From assembly GCA_005788035.1 (NCBI GenBank), contig SXZI01000063.1, forward strand, positions 27,220-91,219: a stretch of DNA of 64,000 nt, written 5' to 3'. Each line of letters starts with the position of its first letter. Positions within the stretch are counted from its first letter, which is position 1. The DNA is from Bacteroidota bacterium. GTDB taxonomy: Bacteria > Bacteroidota > Ignavibacteria > Kapaibacteriales > UBA961. Of the stretch, positions 37,767 through 48,270 are shown piece after piece. The position numbers and the translations under genes are program-made. Below the pieces are notes generated by a model, which made no database searches, was not told where the DNA came from, and saw nothing but the letters and a program-made list of their open reading frames with translations.

Positions 37767-40700
37767 TCAATGAAACTTTGTGATGTTGACAAGGATAATG
37801 TCTTGTTCGATTTCAAGTGTGTGAACATCTTCACTCAAATGTTCAACATATTCACAACTTGTGCACAAAATTTCATTACAAACATAATCAGATAATTTGA
37901 TAATTGCATCACAAATTTCTTTTGATGCAAAAAATTTTACAATTACTCTATCAGTAACATGCAGTCCGATACTCTTTCTTAGGTTCTGAATTCTGTTTAC
38001 AAATTCGCGTGCTATGCCTTCTTGTTTTAAAGATTCATCAATTTCAGTATCAAGCGCAACTGTCAAAGAACCTTCATTCGCTACAAGCCAACCTTCCATG
38101 TCTTGTGTCATGACATCCACTTCATCCAAATTGATCAGTTGATCATTTCCATCAAGAGAAATGAGTAAGGATTGATCTTGAATCAATGATTTGATTTGTT
38201 GTTCATTCAAAGTGGAAATGATTGTAGCCACTGTTTGAGTTTGTTTGCCAAATCTCTTGCCCAATGCCTTGAAATTGGCTTTTACAGACCTTTTAACGAC
38301 ACCTGCTTCTTCACTGACATATTCCACTTCTTTAATATTTATCTCATCTTTGATGATTGATTCAACAGCTTGAATATCCCTTCTTTGTTGAGGAGAAATC
38401 ACCGGAATCAGTATTCTTCGAAGGGGCTGTCGAGTCTTGATTTTTGATTTTTCACGGAGTGATCTGGCCAAGAACACTATTGTTTGAGCCAAAGACATTC
38501 TTCTTTCCAAATCAACATCTATCAAAGACAATTCACCAGGGGATAATAGTCTCATGTGAATTGATTCGACATCCGAGTTCACTCGTAATCTTTTGAATAA
38601 GACCTCGGGTAAAAATGGTGCCGCGGGAGCCATCATGGACAATACATGAATTGTCACATCTCTTAACGTTTGATAAGCGGCGAGTTTATCACTATCCTTT
38701 TCACCCTTCCAAAATCTTCTCCGATTCCTTCTTACATACCAGTTTGAAACATCATTTATCATGAATTCTTGAACAATCCTGCAAGCTCTGAATACATCAT
38801 ATGCCTCCATATACTGATGATATTGACGAAGCACTGTATGAACTCTGGAAATAATCCATTTGTCTATTTCGGGCCGTTCATTATTAGGAATTATGCCCTC
38901 ATTTCCATCAATTTGATCGATATTGGCATAAAGAGCATAAAAGGAGTAAGTATTGGTCAATGTTCGGAAAAAGTCTGCAATGACAGTCTTTGCGATGTCT
39001 GATTCATTGAACAATGTTGGCCTCCAAGGTGGATTATTCACCATGAAATACCAACGAACAGCATCCGCGCCATATAGGTCCATCATCTGAAATGGATCAA
39101 CGGTATTACCCCTACTTTTTGACATTTTCAGACCGTTTTTATCCAAAACGAGTTCATTAACGATAATATTTTTGAATGCCGGCTTATCGAATAATGCAGT
39201 TGCTATATTATGAAGAGTGTAAAACCACCCTCTTGTCTGATCTATACCTTCGGATATAAAATCGGCAGGGAATTGAGATGAGAAAAGTTCTACATTTTCA
39301 AATGGATAATGAAATTGTGCAAAAGGAACACATCCAGAATCAAACCAAACATCAATGACTTCGGTTGTTCTACGATACACTTTGCCATTTTTTCTGAAAA
39401 TCACATTATCAACAAATGGCCTATGTAAATCCAAGGGCAAAGGGGCTTCCGGCACAGGAACAATAGAACCATCAGGGCATTCATATTCTCCCTTTGACAA
39501 CTCCTCGATCGATCCGACGGCAAACATGTCTTCTTTGTCTTCACTAATCCAAATAGGCAATGGAGTACCCCAATATCTATCTCTACTGAGAGACCAATCC
39601 TTGACTTCTTCCAACCAATTGCCGAATCGACCAGTACCGATTTCCTGTGGTTGCCAATGTATTGTCTTATTAAGATCAATCATTGACTTCTTATAAGAGG
39701 GTGACTTTATGAACCAGGAATTTCTAGCATAATACATCACAGGATTATCAGTTCGCCAACAATGAGGATAACTGTGCACATAATCAAATGATGATTTATA
39801 GATCTTTTTTGCTGTCTTTAATGCAATGATGATATCTTTATCGGAACCTTCCTCAACATGATCTGCATACTTGAAGGTTTTGATTGCTCTGCCGGCAAAA
39901 GGTGTAATCTCTTGGGTAAAATGTCCATTGGGCGTCACAGGCTGCAAAACCGGTAAATCGAATTTCTTTGACAATTCAAAGTCATCAACACCAAAAGCAG
40001 GGGATATATGAACAACTCCTGTCCCGTCTTCAGTTGATACAAATGATCCCGGCAAAATTGTCAAAGCATTCGGATGAACATTTTTGTCAATATGACAATA
40101 AGGGAAAATCTGCTCATACGAAGATCCTATGATATCTTTACCCTTAAAAGTCTTGATGATCGAGATCCCTTCACCAAGTAAACCTTGTAATGAATGAGCT
40201 ATTACATAATATTCAGGATTGGAATCTACATGTTTCACCTCGGCAAGCACATAGTCGATATCTTCACCAACAGCCAAGGCAACATTTGAAAAGAGAGTCC
40301 AAGGGGTTGTTGTCCAAACTAAAATTGAAGCATTGACCAATTCTTGAATTGGTGACTGTACGATGGCAAGCTTCAAATAGACACTGGGATCTTTCACTTC
40401 CCGATAGCCTAATGAAAGCTCATGGGAGCTTAGTGGTGTTTCAATTGTAGGGGATTGCGGAACAACTTTGTAGCCCTTATAAATAAGCCCTTTATCAAAA
40501 AAAGACTTCAATGCCCACCAGACAGACTCAACATATTCATTTGTGCAAGTTACATAAGCAGTTTTCATGTCGACCCAGTAACCCATACGCTTAGTAAACT
40601 CGCCCCAACCCATGTCTCTTTCTATATTGCTATAAACGAAGTCTCTGCATGTGGCATTGAATCTATCAATACCCATAACTTCAATTTCAGATTTGTTAAC

Positions 40701-41006
40701 AAGGCCTAATTGTTTTTCAACGGCAATTTCGACGGGTAAACCATGCGTATCCCATCCGGCTTGACGACGTACAAAATGATTTGTCATCGTTTTATAACGA
40801 CAAACAAGGTCTTTGTCAGTTCTTGCCATTAAATGATGAATGCCAGGATTACCATTGACGGTTGGAGGGCCCTCAAAAAAACTAAAGACAGGTGAATCTT
40901 TTCGCGCTGAAAGCGTTTGTTCGAATATTTGACGCTCATCCCAAAAGGCAAGGATTTCCTTTTCCAATTCAGGATAATGTAGTTTTTCGGGTAAGGGTTG
41001 ATACAT
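37767..41006 (-). CDS. ileS: Isoleucine--tRNA ligase (type 2).
   Basis: 1079 aa. HIGH-region PPTVNGNPGIHH. KMSKSRGN. Editing and anticodon-binding domains present. Confidence 0.9.
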   Translation of the reverse strand: MYQPLPEKLHYPELEKEILAFWDERQIFEQTLSARKDSPVFSFFEGPPTVNGNPGIHHLMARTDKDLVCRYKTMTNHFVRRQAGWDTHGLPVEIAVEKQLGLVNKSEIEVMGIDRFNATCRDFVYSNIERDMGWGEFTKRMGYWVDMKTAYVTCTNEYVESVWWALKSFFDKGLIYKGYKVVPQSPTIETPLSSHELSLGYREVKDPSVYLKLAIVQSPIQELVNASILVWTTTPWTLFSNVALAVGEDIDYVLAEVKHVDSNPEYYVIAHSLQGLLGEGISIIKTFKGKDIIGSSYEQIFPYCHIDKNVHPNALTILPGSFVSTEDGTGVVHISPAFGVDDFELSKKFDLPVLQPVTPNGHFTQEITPFAGRAIKTFKYADHVEEGSDKDIIIALKTAKKIYKSSFDYVHSYPHCWRTDNPVMYYARNSWFIKSPSYKKSMIDLNKTIHWQPQEIGTGRFGNWLEEVKDWSLSRDRYWGTPLPIWISEDKEDMFAVGSIEELSKGEYECPDGSIVPVPEAPLPLDLHRPFVDNVIFRKNGKVYRRTTEVIDVWFDSGCVPFAQFHYPFENVELFSSQFPADFISEGIDQTRGWFYTLHNIATALFDKPAFKNIIVNELVLDKNGLKMSKSRGNTVDPFQMMDLYGADAVRWYFMVNNPPWRPTLFNESDIAKTVIADFFRTLTNTYSFYALYANIDQIDGNEGIIPNNERPEIDKWIISRVHTVLRQYHQYMEAYDVFRACRIVQEFMINDVSNWYVRRNRRRFWKGEKDSDKLAAYQTLRDVTIHVLSMMAPAAPFLPEVLFKRLRVNSDVESIHMRLLSPGELSLIDVDLERRMSLAQTIVFLARSLREKSKIKTRQPLRRILIPVISPQQRRDIQAVESIIKDEINIKEVEYVSEEAGVVKRSVKANFKALGKRFGKQTQTVATIISTLNEQQIKSLIQDQSLLISLDGNDQLINLDEVDVMTQDMEGWLVANEGSLTVALDTEIDESLKQEGIAREFVNRIQNLRKSIGLHVTDRVIVKFFASKEICDAIIKLSDYVCNEILCTSCEYVEHLSEDVHTLEIEQDIILVNITKFH

Positions 41007-41196
41007 GGAGTATCCGCACTAGTCAAACAGACTTGTATTCTTCAGAGAATTATGTCACGAACAATGTGCTGCCATTTGTCCATGAAGATTCAATACATGG
41101 CAATTATACTGATTTTTCATTGTAATTACCAATAAAAACAACTTACTCCATCAAAGAAAGGATGAATCTAAAGCATACATTTACCGTATGAATGCG

Positions 41197-41204
41197 TATT
41201 TTTG
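41197..41204 (+). promoter_or_regulatory. Bacteroidota-type -7 element TATTTTTG upstream of the pfkB-family gene.
   Basis: Lies within GCGTATTTTTGC, about 43 nt upstream of the ATG at 41247. No Shine-Dalgarno sequence. Confidence 0.3.
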
Positions 41205-41246
41205 CATTGCAGTATTATAACCCAAATCAACATTTCTTTTCCCTTC

Positions 41247-42239
41247 ATGAAAGATATCCATGTTTGTGGCATAGGCCATGCACTCGTTGACATTGAATTT
41301 GCGATTGATGAAAGCACTTTTGAATCACTGGGCTTGCAAAAGGGTTCAATGGCATTGGTTTCCGAATTGGATCAATCAAAAGTGATTCAATCACTATCTG
41401 ATAAATCGCATCATAGATCCAGCGGGGGGTCGGCTGCGAATACTATGATTGCCATCGGTCAATTCGGTGGAAAAGCCGCATATAAGACAATTCTTGGAGA
41501 TGATTCTCTTGGTGCATTTTATGCCAGTGAGTTTCGTGATTTGGGGATTTTGCTTGAAGCTGAATGTATCCCGGATTCAAAAACAGGTACATGTCTTGTG
41601 CTGATAACACCTGATGCCGAAAGAACGATGATGACTTCATTAGGAGTTAACAGTACATATAATCGTGATCATCTTGTTGAAGACACAATTTCAAGATCCG
41701 AGTGGCTTTATGTTGAAGGGTACAGATTAACAGAACCCGGTGGTGCCGATGCAATTCGCGAAGCAGTTTCTTTGGCAAAAAAGCATTCAACTAATATAGC
41801 ATTCACATTTTCAGATACTTTCGTTGTCAATGCATTTCGAGATATAGTAATGGAAATATCCACATCAACAGATATGGTATTTTGTAATGAATCCGAAGCT
41901 TGTGCTTTTACGGGAAAGAACCGATACGAAGATGCTTTTAATGAACTTATTCAAATGTTCCCACATGTAGTCATGACTAAAGGGAAACATGGAGCCGAGA
42001 TTTTTTTCAATGGAGAACATGTATCCATTCCTGCATATGATACAGTAGCGATAGACACTACGGGGGCCGGCGATATGTTTGCAGGAGCTTTTCTCTTTGG
42101 CATTACTCAAGGTTGTTCAATAACTCGATCTGGACATCTTGCATCAATGGCTTCATCGAAGGTCGTTTCTCAATTTGGTGCTAGATTACAAGAATCACCC
42201 AAATCAATGTATCAAACAATACTATCAACTATTTCTTGA
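41247..42239 (+). CDS. PfkB-family carbohydrate/nucleoside kinase (adenosine kinase-like).
   Basis: N-terminal GIGHALVDI. C-terminal AIDTTGAGDMFAGAFLFG (the PfkB DTxGAGD motif). The track start at 41202 lies inside the promoter element. Confidence 0.75.
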   Translation: MKDIHVCGIGHALVDIEFAIDESTFESLGLQKGSMALVSELDQSKVIQSLSDKSHHRSSGGSAANTMIAIGQFGGKAAYKTILGDDSLGAFYASEFRDLGILLEAECIPDSKTGTCLVLITPDAERTMMTSLGVNSTYNRDHLVEDTISRSEWLYVEGYRLTEPGGADAIREAVSLAKKHSTNIAFTFSDTFVVNAFRDIVMEISTSTDMVFCNESEACAFTGKNRYEDAFNELIQMFPHVVMTKGKHGAEIFFNGEHVSIPAYDTVAIDTTGAGDMFAGAFLFGITQGCSITRSGHLASMASSKVVSQFGARLQESPKSMYQTILSTIS

Positions 42240-43543
42240 AGACAATATTTCCATATTTAGTGTCTTTGCTCATCAGTTTTGTACCGGTATGTGCTCAATC
42301 CGGTACATCTTTGAAGGAGTTTGAAAAAAAATTATCGGATTATTATGATCCTGAATTAATCGAAGATGTTGTTCAAACGATTGGTTCTACAGATCAAGTA
42401 AAAGTCTGGAGTTGGGATATTGGTGATTTTTCATCAGACGAACACAATGATTTGGCTTTCGTGGTCCGTTATTCAAAAGAAAAAACCAAACAATGCTCTA
42501 TTTTCTTCTTTGTTGATATTAATGGATCATTGATACCCGCAGGAAACATTACCCGAGATTTTGTTGATTCTCCTTTGGAAGTTGGTGTTGCCATAAGAGA
42601 CGCTTCATGTTATGTTACGTCTAAAAAAGAACAATTCAATTGGAATATAGTCGGATACCGCTACAGACATGGAATATTTTTTGAATCCGATACATTTTCA
42701 ACTAGCCGAATTGGCACTCAGACTATGGAGACGTTCACCGACCATGTTCAGAGAAGAAACAAGATTCATGTTTTTTCAACAAGAAATGAAGAAACAACAT
42801 ATTATCATCATTTTCATGATATTCCGGCTTTTAAAAAAGGCGACATCATCATGCCTTGTTATGCTGGACCGTTTATCATTGATAAAGCTGATGATGTTTC
42901 AAAGGGTGCCTATTTTTGGAAAGGGCCCTCAGATGCTTCAGTACATATACTTGAATCTTTGTATGACGAGGCCTCATTACACATGACATTATTCATTAAG
43001 GATGATACCCTTTCGGAAAAAATCTGTGATTCTTGCATACAAGACAAATTGACAATTATACTCCATGACAGAATTCCTGGATATGATCCTGAACGAATCG
43101 AAAAAAAACAAGAAAAGAATATTCCAAGTACCTATATGGTTGATATCATTCCTTCATTTGAACAACCCTATTCGAGTAAAGCAATAGTTCAGGAACAACG
43201 TACGGGCAGAAAACAACTACTTTCCGAAGAATCAATGAAACTTAAAGTAGGAAACGATGGGTATTACATTGATATTACTATTCCTTTTTCATCTATGCCG
43301 GAAATAGATGTATCTGCTGTAGGAAGTGATGTGCATTCTATTGGCTGTACAATAATCCTTTCTGATTCAGATAATCGTTTCAGACCCGAAGAAATGACAC
43401 AAATACAATCTTCTGATTATGAAGCAGGGAATCCAAGATCACTTGGAATATTGACATTTCATCCTTCTGAAGCACATATTGGTCTGATACAACCCTATTT
43501 TTTAAAAGAATTAACTGAAGCTTTGCTACAAATTGGATTTTAA
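42236..43543 (+). CDS. Secreted hypothetical protein (435 aa).
   Basis: Signal peptide MKTIFPYLVSLLISFVPVCAQSG. No recognised domain. ATGA overlap with the upstream gene. Confidence 0.45.
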   Translation: MKTIFPYLVSLLISFVPVCAQSGTSLKEFEKKLSDYYDPELIEDVVQTIGSTDQVKVWSWDIGDFSSDEHNDLAFVVRYSKEKTKQCSIFFFVDINGSLIPAGNITRDFVDSPLEVGVAIRDASCYVTSKKEQFNWNIVGYRYRHGIFFESDTFSTSRIGTQTMETFTDHVQRRNKIHVFSTRNEETTYYHHFHDIPAFKKGDIIMPCYAGPFIIDKADDVSKGAYFWKGPSDASVHILESLYDEASLHMTLFIKDDTLSEKICDSCIQDKLTIILHDRIPGYDPERIEKKQEKNIPSTYMVDIIPSFEQPYSSKAIVQEQRTGRKQLLSEESMKLKVGNDGYYIDITIPFSSMPEIDVSAVGSDVHSIGCTIILSDSDNRFRPEEMTQIQSSDYEAGNPRSLGILTFHPSEAHIGLIQPYFLKELTEALLQIGF

Positions 43544-43546
43544 AAG

Positions 43547-44125
43547 ATGAAGGTATTACCCATATATGTTTATGATCATGCTATCTTGAAGAAGAAAGCC
43601 CAGAAAGTTGAGCATGTAGATGAATCTACGAAATCGTTCATTGAAGACATGATACATACAATGCACAATGCCGAAGGAATAGGCTTGGCAGCTAATCAAG
43701 TTGGCTCACCTTTGGCCATTACAGTTATTGATATTTCTCCCGTGGAAGGATATGAGTCTACCAAACCATTCGTTATGATCAATCCTGAAATAACTTTTTA
43801 TTCAGAAGAAGAAAGTGATTATGAGGAAGGGTGCCTTAGTCTTCCACATGTACGGGAACTTGTAATAAGGCCTGAAGCAATTCAAGTTTCTTACTATGAT
43901 CAAAACATAAATCCTCAAACAATACAAGCGGATGGTCTATTGGCCAGGGTCATGCAACATGAAATTGATCATTTAAATGGTATTTATTTCACTGAAAGAC
44001 TAAGTCAGTTGAAACGAACTCTTCTCCAATCAAAATTGAGAAGAATAAGTAAAGGCGAAACATCTGCTGACTATACGATTGTTCTTCCCGATGGATCCAT
44101 CATTTCTGGAGACGATATAGAATGA
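43547..44125 (+). CDS. def: Peptide deformylase.
   Basis: Motifs GIGLAANQVG, EGCLSLP and HEIDHLNG. Confidence 0.85.
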   Translation: MKVLPIYVYDHAILKKKAQKVEHVDESTKSFIEDMIHTMHNAEGIGLAANQVGSPLAITVIDISPVEGYESTKPFVMINPEITFYSEEESDYEEGCLSLPHVRELVIRPEAIQVSYYDQNINPQTIQADGLLARVMQHEIDHLNGIYFTERLSQLKRTLLQSKLRRISKGETSADYTIVLPDGSIISGDDIE

Positions 44126-45108
44126 AGACATTAGTGACCGGAGCCACAGGATTTATTGGAAGCCATGTTGTCGATATACTTAAGCAAGTAGATACTGAGA
44201 TTGCATGCATTGCAAGACCTACTAGCGATCTTAGATGGCTAGAAGGTAAAGGGGTCCATATCGTCAATGCATCACTTCACGATAAGGAGTCATTGATTCC
44301 TGCAGTGAAAGGTGTAGATATGATCATACATGTCGCAGGACTAACCGCAGCTAGAAATGACGAGGAATTTCTCAAAGGTAATAGGGATGCAACTCAATAT
44401 TTGTTGGAAGTTGCTCAAAATTATGCCCCAAATTTGCAGAGATTTTTACATGTGAGTAGTCAAACAGTGACCGGTCCATCCTCCTCAATACAAGATCCTG
44501 TTAATGAGCAATCACCATTACAGCCAATTACTGCTTATGGTCGTTCTAAAAGAGCAGCAGAGGAAGTAGTGCAGTCATTTGCTCAAACCATCCCTATGAC
44601 AATTGTCCGCCCACCTGCCGTATTTGGAGAACGCGATACAGCAATCCTCACCTTTTTTCAATCAGTATCCAGAGGCATACTTCCATTGATTGGTTTTGAT
44701 GAAAAAAGAGTAAGTCTGATTCATGGAGTTGATTTAGCAAGAGGAATCGTTGAAGCAGCATTTCATGCCAATACCATCGGAGAAACATATTTTGTTTCCA
44801 GCGAAGAATTCTACTCTTGGAAGCAGATTGCAGAAATAACAAAACATGCCTTTGGTAAATCATTCGTTATTCCTGTACGCATACCACATGGGATTGTAAT
44901 GACATTGGCAGGACTATCAGAGATATTCGGAAGATTTTCCTCCAAACCACCAGTGCTGAATTATGAAAAAGGAAAAGATTTGATACAACCCTATTGGGTA
45001 TGCTCCGTGGAGAAGGCAAAGAAAGATTTTGGTTGGAAACAACAGATACCAATTGAAGAAGGAATTGAACGCACAGTTCGTTGGTACATAGATAATAAGT
45101 GGGTTTGA
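44122..45108 (+). CDS. NAD-dependent epimerase/dehydratase (extended SDR).
   Basis: TGATGFIGSHV Rossmann motif. YxxxK (YGRSKRAAE). Confidence 0.7.
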   Translation: MKTLVTGATGFIGSHVVDILKQVDTEIACIARPTSDLRWLEGKGVHIVNASLHDKESLIPAVKGVDMIIHVAGLTAARNDEEFLKGNRDATQYLLEVAQNYAPNLQRFLHVSSQTVTGPSSSIQDPVNEQSPLQPITAYGRSKRAAEEVVQSFAQTIPMTIVRPPAVFGERDTAILTFFQSVSRGILPLIGFDEKRVSLIHGVDLARGIVEAAFHANTIGETYFVSSEEFYSWKQIAEITKHAFGKSFVIPVRIPHGIVMTLAGLSEIFGRFSSKPPVLNYEKGKDLIQPYWVCSVEKAKKDFGWKQQIPIEEGIERTVRWYIDNKWV

Positions 45109-46349
45109 TCATGCAATCACTCATTGGAATACTCGGAATGTTGATGATATTCTTATGTTGCTGGCTAATGTCAGAAAACAGAAGGGTGTTCCCGTGGAGA
45201 ATGGTCCTCATCGGACTTAGTCTTCAGATTGCATTAGGGTTCTTCATGATGAAACTTCCCATAGGAATATCTGTGATGTCTGAATTTGGAAAAGCCGTCA
45301 CTGGATTTCTTGGCTTGGCCTCTCATGGAGCCGAAATGCTCTTTGGAAATCTTGCAAATCCGTCATATTCATCAACATTTGGATTCCAATTTGCATTATC
45401 CGTATTGCCGGTTATCATCTTTTTCTCTTCGGTAATGTCGGTTTTATACCATCTTGGCATAATGCAATATATTGTGAGGGGAATGTCTTGGTTTATGAGT
45501 CGGACATTAAAAACATCGGGAATTGAGTCATTATCAGCATCTGCCAATATATTCCTTGGTCAAACAGAAGCTCCATTACTTATAAAACCCTACTTATCTT
45601 CTGCTACACGATCTGAACTCAATACCATAATGGTTGGTGGGTTCATCACAATTGCAGGGGGTGTAATGGCAGGATATATTCAAATGGGAGTACCTGCATC
45701 TGCATTAATCACAGCAAGTGTGATGTCTGCACCGGCAGGACTTATGCTTTCAAAAATAGTCATACCGGAAGAAAATAACGCAATAGTTGACCTTGATTCA
45801 ACTCCTGTATTACCATCAAGTTCAACTATGGTAGAAGCTGCTGCGAATGGTGCAATGGATGGTTTGAAACTTGCTGCTGGTATTGCAGCAATGTTGATTG
45901 CTTTTGTTGCAATAATAGCTGGATTCAATGCAGTATTATCCGGTATGAATACATTATTTAGTGGATATTCCATATGGTTCCCATCAAATTTGAAAGAACT
46001 CTTTGGATTTCTTTTCCAACCAGTCGGATATCTTATAGGAGTACCTGAACAAGACATCAAAGCATTCGGGTCTCTTGTCGGTACGAAAATAAGTTTGAAT
46101 GAATTTTTGGCTTATGCTGATTTGTCTACATATATCAAAGAGGGAAATCTGATGCCAAAAACGATTACAATGGCTACTTTTGCATTATGCGGATTCGCAA
46201 ATTTCAGTTCTATTGCCATTCAAATTGGTGGTATTGGAGCTATGATTCCTGAACGAAAGAATGATATAGCAGCGCTTGGGCTCAAAGCAATGATTACCGG
46301 AGCTTTGGGCAATCTTTTGACCGCCACATTGGCCGGATTACTTTTTTAA
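45099..46349 (+). CDS. Concentrative nucleoside transporter, NupC/CNT family.
   Basis: Polytopic protein. Conserved C-terminal region FALCGFANFSSIAIQIGGIGAMIPERK typical of CNT transporters. Confidence 0.75.
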   Translation: MGLIMQSLIGILGMLMIFLCCWLMSENRRVFPWRMVLIGLSLQIALGFFMMKLPIGISVMSEFGKAVTGFLGLASHGAEMLFGNLANPSYSSTFGFQFALSVLPVIIFFSSVMSVLYHLGIMQYIVRGMSWFMSRTLKTSGIESLSASANIFLGQTEAPLLIKPYLSSATRSELNTIMVGGFITIAGGVMAGYIQMGVPASALITASVMSAPAGLMLSKIVIPEENNAIVDLDSTPVLPSSSTMVEAAANGAMDGLKLAAGIAAMLIAFVAIIAGFNAVLSGMNTLFSGYSIWFPSNLKELFGFLFQPVGYLIGVPEQDIKAFGSLVGTKISLNEFLAYADLSTYIKEGNLMPKTITMATFALCGFANFSSIAIQIGGIGAMIPERKNDIAALGLKAMITGALGNLLTATLAGLLF

Positions 46350-46358
46350 AGAACAACA

Positions 46359-47138
46359 ATGAATAATTGGACATGCATTCTTACTTCTGAACCCCAACAA
46401 GGAATTGGAGTAATACAAATCAATCGCCCGCAAGTGCTGAATGCTTTAAGCTTGCAAACTATGACGGAAATAGTTGAGGCAATGGAATATTTTGACCAAT
46501 CCACTGACATACGATGCATCTTGATTCACGGAGATGAAAAAGCTTTTGCTGCTGGTGCTGATATTAAAGAAATGTCCGGTGCCGGTTCTATGCAAATGCT
46601 TGAACGAGATCAATTTGCAAAATGGGAACGGATTCGTGCCATCAAAAAACCAATCATTGGAGCCGTATCCGGATTTGCTTTAGGTGGAGGATGCGAATTG
46701 GCTATGAATTGCGATATGCTGATTGCAAGTGAATCTGCACAATTTGGTCAACCTGAAATAAATATTGGCGTAATGCCCGGAGCTGGTGGAACGCAAAGAC
46801 TCACCAGAGCCATAGGCAAAGTGAGGGCTATGGAATTAGCATTAACCGGTAGGATGATATCAGCTCAAGAAGCATGGCGATGTGGTTTGGTGAATAAAGT
46901 GGTTCCGATTGAGTCATACCTACATGAAGCAATGGCACTTGCTTCAGAAATTGCTACGAAAGCACCTATTGCAGTCAAGCTCATAAAGGAATCAGTATTG
47001 AAGTCCTTTAGCACTACTTTAGAAGTTGGGTTGGAATTTGAAAGAAAGAATTTTTACCTGTTATTTTCTTCCGAAGATCAAAAGGAAGGAATGAATGCAT
47101 TCATAGAGAAAAGAAAACCACATTGGAGCAATTCATAA
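46359..47138 (+). CDS. Enoyl-CoA hydratase/isomerase (crotonase family).
   Basis: Oxyanion-hole motifs AFAAGADIKEM and GAVSGFALGGGCELAM. Confidence 0.8.
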   Translation: MNNWTCILTSEPQQGIGVIQINRPQVLNALSLQTMTEIVEAMEYFDQSTDIRCILIHGDEKAFAAGADIKEMSGAGSMQMLERDQFAKWERIRAIKKPIIGAVSGFALGGGCELAMNCDMLIASESAQFGQPEINIGVMPGAGGTQRLTRAIGKVRAMELALTGRMISAQEAWRCGLVNKVVPIESYLHEAMALASEIATKAPIAVKLIKESVLKSFSTTLEVGLEFERKNFYLLFSSEDQKEGMNAFIEKRKPHWSNS

Positions 47139-47141
47139 ATC

Positions 47142-47759
47142 ATGGTCTATCTCATTTTGCTCCGTCATGGAGAATCTCAGTGGAATGTAGAAAATCGCTT
47201 CACCGGTTGGGTTGATGTCGACATAACATCCAAGGGCGAAGATGAAGCTCGAAAAGCCGGTATTGCATTAAAGGATTACCCCATCGATATGTTATTCACT
47301 TCGGCATTGCTAAGAGCAATACGAACAGCTGACATTGCATTGCAATCTGCCGGAAAAGGCATGATTCCAACACAGAGAAGCGAAAAATTAAATGAACGTC
47401 ATTATGGAGATCTGCAAGGACTCAATAAAGATGAAGTAGGTAAACAATTTGGTACAGATCAATTGAAAATATGGCGAAGAAGTTACGACACACCTCCTCC
47501 GAATGGAGAATCATTGAAAATGACCCAGGAACGTGTGCTCCCATACTTTCATGAGCAAATCATTCCTGTTCTCAAGGAAGGTAAAAATGTCCTTATAACT
47601 GCTCATGGCAACTCATTGAGAGCACTTATAGCAGAATTGGACAATCTCTCAAGAGAAGAAATACTGGAACTTAATATAGCCACAGGAAAACCAATAGTCT
47701 ACACATTGGACGAACAAACCATGTGCATACTTAACAAACAACAATTACTCGATTCATAA
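47142..47759 (+). CDS. gpmA: Histidine-phosphatase-family phosphoglycerate mutase (2,3-BPG-dependent type, short form).
   Basis: LLRHGESQWNVENRFTGWVDVDITSKGEDEA, the canonical dPGM catalytic-His N-terminus. Confidence 0.7.
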   Translation: MVYLILLRHGESQWNVENRFTGWVDVDITSKGEDEARKAGIALKDYPIDMLFTSALLRAIRTADIALQSAGKGMIPTQRSEKLNERHYGDLQGLNKDEVGKQFGTDQLKIWRRSYDTPPPNGESLKMTQERVLPYFHEQIIPVLKEGKNVLITAHGNSLRALIAELDNLSREEILELNIATGKPIVYTLDEQTMCILNKQQLLDS

Positions 47760-47844
47760 TTCATTGGAGTTACACTTGGCGTCATCAACATCAAAGTCAA
47801 CCGCTGCTCGAAGCAAAGCTTTTGCATTGTTTTGCTCAAGAATA

Positions 47845-48270
47845 ATGGAAGACAAAAAAGCAGAAAATATCCTAGTCTTGGATTTGTCAAAATCAGATGG
47901 CGCTCCGGCTGAATACTTTGTCATTGGGTCTTGTTTATCTGAAGTTCAAGTCGATTCAGTCTCTTCTGCAGTAGAACGTGGGGGAAAAGAAGCCGGACAA
48001 GGTTTTCCTAAATCTGAAGGTTGGGATGCTAGACAATGGGTTATTTTGGATTATTTTGATGTTGTAGTTCATGTGTTTCATGCAGATGCTCGTGACTTTT
48101 ACAGAATCGAAAAACTCTGGAGTGATGCTGATTTCTATACTTTAAAAGAAGATAAGCTTTCGAAAATGACGAAGACAGCAAAACAGACATATCTCACTGA
48201 ATTATCAAAAGAACGTAGACTACCAGAACGCTTTAATCAAGCTTCCTCATTTGAGGAGGATTTTTTATGA
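47845..48270 (+). CDS. rsfS: Ribosome silencing factor RsfS (Iojap).
   Basis: ENILVLDLSK ... DYFVIGSCLSEVQVDSV ... WVILDYFDVVVHVF. Start chosen at MEDKK; the track start at 47764 gives an atypical extension. Confidence 0.7.
   Translation: MEDKKAENILVLDLSKSDGAPAEYFVIGSCLSEVQVDSVSSAVERGGKEAGQGFPKSEGWDARQWVILDYFDVVVHVFHADARDFYRIEKLWSDADFYTLKEDKLSKMTKTAKQTYLTELSKERRLPERFNQASSFEEDFL

Noticed and set aside
40892-41125. Plus-strand ORF spanning the ileS start and the ileS-pfkB intergenic region.
   Set aside because: It overlaps the ileS N-terminus on the opposite strand and the divergent promoter region. It has no features of a real gene.
41007-41246. The 240-bp ileS/pfkB divergent intergenic region, and the 296-bp region upstream of nuoD, as candidate tRNA/sRNA or riboswitch loci.
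   Set aside because: There is no cloverleaf-compatible sequence and no T-loop GTTCRA motif. Only a promoter-like TAnnTTTG element and one short hairpin were seen. No tRNA, rRNA or recognisable riboswitch was found anywhere in the window.
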